Positions 57,853 through 64,000 of a stretch of 64,000 bases of DNA are shown piece after piece (position 1 is the stretch's first letter; the number at the start of each line of letters is the position of its first letter). The translations under genes and the position numbers were made by a program. This DNA comes from a virus. A model generated the notes under the pieces. That model was given only the letters and a program-made list of their open reading frames with translations. It was not told where the DNA came from and did not search any database. The DNA lies in IMG/VR virus record IMGVR_UViG_3300035676_000002, positions 48,443 through 112,442 of that record. One strand, given 5' to 3'.

Positions 57853-58151
57853 TGGACCATATCAAAGAACTGCCCGATGACGATGCCGTGATACAGGAAC
57901 TCGTCAATCGTGCTACTACTTCCCGCACGACTCGCGCCTGTCCTCCGCAACAATGGGGGCGGGAACTCTGGCTCTGCTGCTGGATGACGGGCGCACTCCA
58001 TGACTATATGACCGTCTGCCGGGAAGCCTTCGATATCGCCACGTATGTCAAAGCCGGTGGATGGGGGCGGGAATTCTTTCTGTGTTGCTGGATGACGGGG
58101 TGCTGGTTCAACCAATTCATTCGCGGATATCAAGAGGCGGGGTATCGTTAA
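57852..58151 (+). CDS. Hypothetical protein with duplicated WGRE..LCCWMTG motif
   Basis: GAGG RBS; internal repeat. Confidence 0.55.
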   Translation: MDHIKELPDDDAVIQELVNRATTSRTTRACPPQQWGRELWLCCWMTGALHDYMTVCREAFDIATYVKAGGWGREFFLCCWMTGCWFNQFIRGYQEAGYR

Positions 58152-58169
58152 CTGCGCGAGGAGAGAGAT

Positions 58170-58370
58170 ATGGACTTTATTGATCCTGATTGCATCACAG
58201 CCGGGGCGCACCAATGCTGTTCCTGCGTCGAACGGGAATTAGAGCACAACAAGAAGCTCGTTGATATTCTAATGAGCAAACTCAAGCGAATGCAGATTTT
58301 ACACGCCTTACATTGCCGGTTGGATCATTGCCATGAGCGCACGATGCACGAACACGGGAAGGATACTTAA
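58170..58370 (+). CDS. Hypothetical Cys/His-rich protein
   Basis: GAGGAG RBS; coupled to the next ORF. Confidence 0.5.
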   Translation: MDFIDPDCITAGAHQCCSCVERELEHNKKLVDILMSKLKRMQILHALHCRLDHCHERTMHEHGKDT

Positions 58371-58558
58371 TGGATACGCACTTACTTTCTGAACTTGAAC
58401 ATTGTATTGAAGAATTCATCGAAAAGAATTGCGAGGAAGGGTACTGGACCGAAATGATTCATCCTCAACTCATACGGCAAATGGCGCGTGCGGCTGCGAT
58501 TGTATTCGATTCGGGACAGGATGGGCAAACCTATGCTCGTCAGGAAGGCGTAGTGTAA
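58370..58558 (+). CDS. Hypothetical protein
   Basis: TAATG coupling. Confidence 0.5.
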   Translation: MDTHLLSELEHCIEEFIEKNCEEGYWTEMIHPQLIRQMARAAAIVFDSGQDGQTYARQEGVV

Positions 58559-58561
58559 GGC

Positions 58562-58825
58562 ATGGCACTTGAAAGAAAATATGAATGGCAATGCCCGATG
58601 AGCGACCACGGGGGTATCTGTACCTTTTGTCCTCAATGTGGGCCAAACATTCATGTCGATGAAGATGGGTGTTGCCGGTGCTGTGGGGCGCTCGCAATGG
58701 GGGATGGTGTACGGTCGCTCGATGCCTATACGCGCATTCTCGAAAATGAGATTCGTAGATTGCAGCAGTTGCATGACGATCATTGCGCCATGTCCTGCGA
58801 CGAAAACAAACGACACCGGACATGA
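58562..58825 (+). CDS. Cys-rich hypothetical protein
   Basis: CPQCGP.I.VDEDGCC.CCG. Confidence 0.55.
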   Translation: MALERKYEWQCPMSDHGGICTFCPQCGPNIHVDEDGCCRCCGALAMGDGVRSLDAYTRILENEIRRLQQLHDDHCAMSCDENKRHRT

Positions 58826-58874
58826 CCGAGGCAAACTCTATGGGATTCGCTATTCTTTTAAGGAGAGATAATTT

Positions 58875-59288
58875 ATGATTCTCATAGCGTGTGGTGATCG
58901 AAACTGGACGAATGCCGCTCTTATTATCACGGTATTTGGTGATCTTCCTAAAGATACGAGAATCATTGAAGGTGAAGCACGGGGGGCGGATAGCTTGGCG
59001 CGAGATATAGCTATTTCACTCGGATTTACCGTCCTCCCCTTTCCTGCTGATTGGAATAAGTACGGGAAACGCGCCGGTCCCATCCGTAACCACGCGATGC
59101 TCGATGCCCTGATAGACGACGGTGATCCGCAAAAATTTGTCTATGCCTTTCATAATGACATTAATGCTTCCAAGGGCACAAAGCATATGGTGACTATTGC
59201 CTCGAAAAAAGGCATTCCCTGCTTTGTGTATACCACGCATTCCCCCGTTCCTTTTCGGTATATGCTCTCAGGGCGCTGCCAGCAATGA
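58875..59288 (+). CDS. SLOG-family (YspA / DUF2493-like) protein
   Basis: ACGDRNW...IIEGEARGADSLA...ADWNKYGKRAGPIRNHAML...SKGTKHM. Confidence 0.88.
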   Translation: MILIACGDRNWTNAALIITVFGDLPKDTRIIEGEARGADSLARDIAISLGFTVLPFPADWNKYGKRAGPIRNHAMLDALIDDGDPQKFVYAFHNDINASKGTKHMVTIASKKGIPCFVYTTHSPVPFRYMLSGRCQQ

Positions 59289-59539
59289 CCATTACTATTT
59301 GCCGCCTATGGGATTTAACTGAACGGGAACAACGGACACTTCCCAAGGGTGGCTCTACTCGCGTCTTTTACCTTAAAATTCTATGGGACTCCGGCCTCAC
59401 AGAAATCGTATCCTGCGGTTCGTCCATAGCCCTCGCCAGCCTTGTTGACCGAGCCTATGAACACGGGCGAGAGGATGGATACGCCGCCGCTCGCGCCGAT
59501 CTGACCGTCGAAAGCGAAACTGCCGGATGCTGGAAATGA
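59285..59539 (+). CDS. Hypothetical protein
   Basis: ATGA-coupled ORF; AYEHGREDGY motif. Confidence 0.5.
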   Translation: MTITICRLWDLTEREQRTLPKGGSTRVFYLKILWDSGLTEIVSCGSSIALASLVDRAYEHGREDGYAAARADLTVESETAGCWK

Positions 59540-59969
59540 ACCGCGCCTTCGTTCGCCCCCTTCTTTTTCTCGGGTTCTTCGTTGCGGGACTCTGGTATCT
59601 CTCCTCCTTCTATACCACTCTCTTTGGGCGGTTCTTTGAATGAAGCGTTTTCTCCTTTTCTTGTGGGATACCCTTCTTTGCGTCTTTGGCTTTATCAGCT
59701 TCCTCTTCCTCCTCGCTCTTACTATTAGCTTCTTCCTTCATGGTCCACCCCCTTAGCTTGTTTTTTTTGTTATTTCCTTTGTTATTTACTCTACTTTAAC
59801 TAAGCGCAAGTATTGAATTTATCTTCGCTTTCTTTCTTTTGCTCCTTGACCTTATCGTTGTTTTCTTTGCTAAGTTTTTCGCTCCTTGACATTTTAATTT
59901 GCTTTTGTTTTTTACTTTCGGGGCACCGAGGTATTACGGCGACCCCACCCGGCAAAGCCGGGGGTCCGG

Positions 59970-60510
59970 TGCGGCGTCCGGCGTCGGCGTCGGATTAACC
60001 GGCGTCTAATCCGGTGCGGAACCGTCCCGGCGTCGGCGTCCCGTCCCGGCGTCCGGCGTCGGCGTCCCGGTCGGCGTCCGGCGTCCCGTCCCGGTCGGCG
60101 TCCCGTCCAGCGTCCCGGCGTCCCGTCCCGGCGTCCGGCGTCGGCGTCCGGCTTCGGCCTAGGACGTGTCCGGCGTCGGCGTTCGTGCGTCCCGTCGTCC
60201 GGCGTCCCGTGCGTGCGTCCTAGGCCCGTTCCCGTGCGTCCTAGGCCCGTTCCCGGTCGGCGTCCCGGCGTCCCGTGCGTGCGTCCCGTCCCGGCGTCCC
60301 GGCGTCCCGTCCCGGCTTTGCCCTAGGACGTGTCCGGCGTCCCGTGCGTGCGTCCCGTCGTTCCCGTGTGCGTTCGTGCGTCCTAGGCCCGTTCCCGTGC
60401 GTCCTAGGCCCGTTCCCGTGTGCGGCGTCGGACGCTGAACGCAACGAAGCCGGAACGCTTGCGGCGTCCCGGCTTCGGCTTCGTGTCCGGCTTCGGATTA
60501 ACCGGCGTCT
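59970..60510. repeat. A-poor low-complexity array of GGCGTC/CGTCCC(GG)/GTGCGTCC words
   Basis: 21-bp unit gtgcgtcctaggcccgttccc at 60213, 60234, 60376, 60397; 18-bp direct repeat at 59990 and 60493. Confidence 0.85.
60446..60476 (-). terminator. GC-rich hairpin downstream of the phosphatase gene
   Basis: GAAGCCGG.ACGC / GCGT.CCGGCTTC stem; weak U-tract. Confidence 0.4.
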
Positions 60511-61322
60511 TACTTCGGACGGTTCAGCGAATCGCTGTAGGCTTCAATGTACTTTTCCTGTTCCCGTGTCTCGATAGCTTCGGAACAGTGGACGGTTCGC
60601 ACCGTGTCAATAGCGTCCCGTGCGTTCAATCCCTGCCACACAAGACACAACGCAAGGAACGTCCCGGTTCGACCATGCGAACCGATACAGCACACAACGA
60701 CACGTCCCGACGGCAAGCGTTCAAATAACGCCGACCAAAAGCCGAATTGAACGGACGGGCAAGCGTTGTCAGTCCAATTCAACGAAAGCACCGGAACCGG
60801 CACGAAGTTAAAAGCGTCGAACGTGTCGGCGTCGAAGCCGGGAAGCTTCGGCAACGACGACACGAACCGGGACGGCTTCGCTTTGTACGTGCCGCTACAG
60901 TCAACGACTAACGCCGCACCGGACTCGTTTAGCGTCAACGCTTTCGCGCCGCAAAGCCGGACGGTTCCGTTGCCGTTCGTGTACGTCGTAAAAGCGTCCG
61001 TTCCGTTGTGCTGGCACGACTTCCGGGCGTTGTACCCATAACCGTTCGCAAAACCGTCCCGTCCCGTGTTCCATGCGTTCGTGCGTCCGGCGTCCGGCTT
61101 CGGCGTCGGCGTCACGATTGCCGGACGCTGAAACAATCGGCACGGGCAATTTTCGCACGTCGTATCGTTCGTGTGGAATAATCGCTTGTGACCGCACACG
61201 CACACGGCTTCTAGCGTTGCGTCGTAAAACCCGGCGTCGGCTTGTGCGGCAATCAATGCGGCGTCCGGCTTCCGGCTTTGCTTCGTTGTGGCTTTCTTCG
61301 TTTTGCGTTCCCGCGTTTTCAT
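60510..61322 (-). CDS. Cys-based (PTP / dual-specificity-like) phosphatase with N-terminal Cys/His motif
   Basis: VVVCCIGSHGRTG (CX5R); AI..VR...EAIETREQEKYI; start MKTRER behind AAAGGAA. Confidence 0.85.
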   Translation of the reverse strand: MKTRERKTKKATTKQSRKPDAALIAAQADAGFYDATLEAVCVCGHKRLFHTNDTTCENCPCRLFQRPAIVTPTPKPDAGRTNAWNTGRDGFANGYGYNARKSCQHNGTDAFTTYTNGNGTVRLCGAKALTLNESGAALVVDCSGTYKAKPSRFVSSLPKLPGFDADTFDAFNFVPVPVLSLNWTDNACPSVQFGFWSALFERLPSGRVVVCCIGSHGRTGTFLALCLVWQGLNARDAIDTVRTVHCSEAIETREQEKYIEAYSDSLNRPK

Positions 61323-61350
61323 GGTCGTTCCTTTCATGGTCGTTCCGGTG

Positions 61351-63072
61351 TTACAGCAAAGCGTCAACGGCTTCGGCAAGGAACGGCTTCACGTCGGCAA
61401 GCGTCCCGGCGTTCGTGTGCGTCCCGGCAACCGTCCAGCGTGTTCCCGTGCAATCAACCGGAAGGTAAAACGCACCGGAATTTGCGAACGACTTGGACGT
61501 GGCGTGTGCGTTTGCTTCGGCAACTTTGAACGCTTCCCAAATTTCAACGGCAACGCAAATTTGCTTTTCGGCGTAAGTCGAAGGTCCGTTAACCGGCTTA
61601 AACCGGATTTGCACACGAACGGAACCGGAAGCGTCTAGCGTCCGAATTTGGACGGCAATCAATTTGCCCTTCGGCGTCGTGTACGGCTTTAATGCACGTT
61701 CCCGTTCCCACACGTCGTCCGCGTCGGCGTCCACAATTTCACGCAACGCCGGAAGCGTCCGAAGAATGAATGAAGCGTCGTTGATTGCCGCACCGTTGAA
61801 AAGATCCATTGAACCGAATTTCGTTAGGAACGTGCCGCCATTGTGGCTTGCGTGTACTACGTCGTTCAACTTGATCACGGCTTGCCCTAGCGTCTTGCTA
61901 TTCGGCGTTCGCACGTAAGCCGTCAACGCATTGATAAGGGCAATTGTTTTGTTCGTGCAATCGTTCCATGCCTTGCCGCCGAAGCCGGACGACCATTTTT
62001 TCGTTGCGAAATTTTTGGACGCCGCACAAAGTCGCAAGCTTGAATCGGGCCACATTGCGAACGCTTCGGCGTAAACTTCGGAACGTGACAAACCCTTGTG
62101 CTGGTTATGCCGCAATTCACCTAGGCACGCAGCCGTTCCCAAACGACACGCAAAGTTTAACGCCGCACCTAAAACGAACGCACCGGAAGGCGAAGCCGTC
62201 AACGCAATGGAATTGTGCAATCCGAAGAGAACAACACGCAACGCTTTTTTCGTGTCGTCGGCTGACAAGGGCAAGCCAAGTCCGCGCAACACGTCGGCGT
62301 GGAACGTGCGTTCGCACGAAACTTTCAACTTCATTCCGACGCTTGGTTTGTACGTCGTCACGAACGGGACGCCGGACATTTTTGCGTGGATTGCCGCATG
62401 GCTTGTCATACACGCACCGGACGCATAAACGACGGTTCCCGGCTTGAAATTTTTCACGGCGTGTTCCCATTGCGTGTCCGAATAGTTCAGCGGGTTTTCA
62501 ATGTGCTTAACCGTCACGGCTTGCGGCACGAAGTCCAGCGTGCGTGCGATTCTCTCTCCGGCGCGCAATTGAACGACGTAGACTTTTGAAGCGTCGGCAA
62601 CGACTTCAACGAACGCCGCAACTTTGTCGTCGTCGGCAAGTCCGGCTTGTGTGCGCGGAAGGTTCGCAAGACGTGCGGCAAGGAACAGCTTCCGGCTTCG
62701 ACGCGAACCAGTCGCACCGTCGTTGCCGTCGGCAATCGCAATTTGGTCGTCCGACACGATTGCAGACCATGCGGCGTCAACGGGTGGCATTAGGACGACT
62801 TCGGCTTTTGCATCTTCGGCAATCGACGCTTCCCACAACGCCGACGCTTCGGCTTCGGAACGCACGACACGGGAACCAACGAAGCCGTGACGTGGCGTCA
62901 ACGGGCACGGGCGGCAAAAAGCGTCGAAGCCGAAGTCCGTTTTGAATTGCCGCCAATAGAACAGGAACGCCGCAAGCGTTCCCGCGATTCGGTGCTTTGG
63001 TACGGCAAAACCGGCTTGCGCTAACGCGAAAATTCCGCGTGCTTTTTGCGTCCGAATTTCGTGCAATTCCAT
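61351..63072 (-). CDS. PEP-synthase/PPDK-like phosphotransferase: degenerate ATP-grasp N-domain, phospho-His swivel domain, unknown C-domain
   Basis: KARGIFALAQAGFAVP, VEVV....VYVVQLR, GACMTSHAAIHAKMSGVP; start MELHE at 63072 behind AAAGGAA. Confidence 0.75.
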   Translation of the reverse strand: MELHEIRTQKARGIFALAQAGFAVPKHRIAGTLAAFLFYWRQFKTDFGFDAFCRPCPLTPRHGFVGSRVVRSEAEASALWEASIAEDAKAEVVLMPPVDAAWSAIVSDDQIAIADGNDGATGSRRSRKLFLAARLANLPRTQAGLADDDKVAAFVEVVADASKVYVVQLRAGERIARTLDFVPQAVTVKHIENPLNYSDTQWEHAVKNFKPGTVVYASGACMTSHAAIHAKMSGVPFVTTYKPSVGMKLKVSCERTFHADVLRGLGLPLSADDTKKALRVVLFGLHNSIALTASPSGAFVLGAALNFACRLGTAACLGELRHNQHKGLSRSEVYAEAFAMWPDSSLRLCAASKNFATKKWSSGFGGKAWNDCTNKTIALINALTAYVRTPNSKTLGQAVIKLNDVVHASHNGGTFLTKFGSMDLFNGAAINDASFILRTLPALREIVDADADDVWERERALKPYTTPKGKLIAVQIRTLDASGSVRVQIRFKPVNGPSTYAEKQICVAVEIWEAFKVAEANAHATSKSFANSGAFYLPVDCTGTRWTVAGTHTNAGTLADVKPFLAEAVDALL

Positions 63073-63519
63073 GTTCGTTCCTTTCTTGCCGGGAAGCGTC
63101 CCGGCGTTCGTGACGTGTCCGGCGTCGGAACCGGGAACCGTCCCGGTCGGCGTCGGCGGCGTCGTTGTGTGAGTCGTTGTCATAGCGTCGTTGTACGGGA
63201 CGCCGACGCTGTAGGAAAGCGAAAAATTCCGGCGTCCGACGCCGAAATTGCCTAAGTCGTTGATTTCGCTTCGGAAACTTGCACGCAACTTTATTTTCAC
63301 GGCTTGACTTCGGACACGTCCCGAAGTCGTAAAACGATTGATCGAACGCTAAAACGCACCTAAACCAACGCCGCGGTGCCGCTTTTCCCGTGCAATTCCG
63401 GCAACTTGCGGCGTTGTCCGTTTTATAACGAAAATTGAAAGCGTCTTAATTTTTGCCTGTTCCCGGCGTTCCCGTGTCCCGAATTGAACGCCGGTTTATT
63501 CAAGCGTCATTTTCGCGTT

Positions 63520-63675
63520 CCGTTCGTGTCCGTTCCCGGCGTCCGACGCTTCATTAGAAGCCGAAAATTCCGGCGTCCCGGTCGGCGTCCCGGTGCGTCC
63601 CGGTCGGCGTCCCGGTTCAGCGTCCCGGCGTCGGCGTCCGGCGTCCCGTCCCGGCGTCGGCGTTCCCACACGTCG
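63520..63675. repeat. Second GGCGTC/CGTCCCGG low-complexity array
   Basis: Same words as the 59970-60510 array. Confidence 0.75.
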
Positions 63676-63691
63676 GAATGCATTCTTAAGA

Positions 63692-63720
63692 TTGACAAAA
63701 CCGGCTTGCCGTGCTATTCT
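63692..63720 (+). promoter_or_regulatory. Sigma70-like promoter TTGACA-N17-TATTCT pointing at the DnaA boxes
   Basis: Direct read; TG extension. Confidence 0.6.
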
Positions 63721-63897
63721 CATTTTTGCGAAAACGGGCCTAAAACCGGCTTTTTTCGGATTATCAGACCTTGCCGTTAAAACGCCGGAAACGGGCCTAG
63801 AATCGACGCACGGTTTAGGACGTGTCCTAAGTCGTCCCGGTCGGCGTTCGTGCGTCCTAGGGCAATTGTGGCGTTTTGCCCATATTTTAGGCAAAAG

Positions 63898-63963
63898 TTA
63901 TCCACAGGCTTTTCGGTGGGTTATCCACAGGTTTTCCACAGGGGAACCGGGAAGTTATCCACA
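63898..63963 (+). promoter_or_regulatory. DnaA-box cluster
   Basis: TTATCCACA at 63898, 63921 and 63955; TTTTCCACA at 63932; each preceded by G and followed by GG. Confidence 0.85.
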
Positions 63964-64000
63964 GGCGGTGACGGAATTTGTTAAAGCCCAAAAGGTGACA

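Noticed and set aside
7114-59539. Alternative genetic code (stop-codon reassignment)
   Set aside because: Long genes are intact under the standard code, and TAA, TAG and TGA all end genes at coupled boundaries.
46315-59700. Holin/endolysin or integrase calls for small membrane and hypothetical genes
   Set aside because: No endolysin or recombinase motifs recognised; small TM proteins alone do not justify a holin call.
59941-59966. GGCAAAGCC hairpin resembling part of a c-di-GMP-I riboswitch
   Set aside because: The rest of the two-stem consensus is absent; it is just a short hairpin between convergent gene blocks.
59970-60510. Possible CRISPR array
   Set aside because: Repeats are tandem or nested with no unique spacers of regular length, and there is no cas operon; the PD-(D/E)XK nuclease is a common stand-alone phage gene.
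60014-60728. Arg/Pro/Ser-rich ORFs over the repeat array (also 63484-63894)
   Set aside because: Open only because A-poor DNA lacks stop codons; no RBS or recognisable domain.
63073-63300. Longer N-terminus for the phosphotransferase as given in the track
   Set aside because: The clear RBS precedes ATG 63072, where family similarity begins; the upstream part is repeat-like.
1-64000. Specific host assignment
   Set aside because: PT-linker, cohesin and GT-C/PA14 proteins are reminiscent of some environmental lineages (e.g. Binatota, Chloroflexota), but this needs homology or spacer matching.

Overview
The window is a partial genome of a tailed dsDNA phage (HK97-type head, long non-contractile-type tail). 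It has three parts. (1) 1-46200, minus strand: virion morphogenesis module with TerL, portal (with a MuF-like tail), prohead protease, major capsid, neck genes, two paralogous tail-tube genes, a tail chaperone with a -1 frameshift, tape measure and tail-tip genes. This module also carries nine genes with Sec-type signal peptides, most built from adhesin/lectin-like modules joined by mucin-like Thr/Pro linkers; one is a >2370 aa ORF missing from the ORF track because it runs off the left edge. (2) 46400-59700, plus strand: accessory/replication genes with sigma70-like promoters: DnaG-type primase core, PD-(D/E)XK nuclease, Hsp20-like, cohesin-like, FmdB, RNA ligase, RyR, Lar, SLOG, and a GT-C (PMT/ArnT-like) membrane glycosyltransferase fused to PA14. 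(3) 59930-64000: a GC-rich segment that appears depleted of GAG/CTC, CAG/CTG and GAT/ATC, with A-poor repeat arrays, a PEP-synthase-like phosphotransferase plus a CX5R phosphatase, and a DnaA-box cluster. Best candidate novel system: phage-encoded extracytoplasmic O-glycosylation of its own secreted mucin-like, module-shuffled proteins. Second candidate: a motif-depleted, first-injected leading region with a kinase/phosphatase pair. All family assignments come from motif recognition by eye; no searches were run. No integrase, lysis cassette, tRNA or CRISPR array was recognised.
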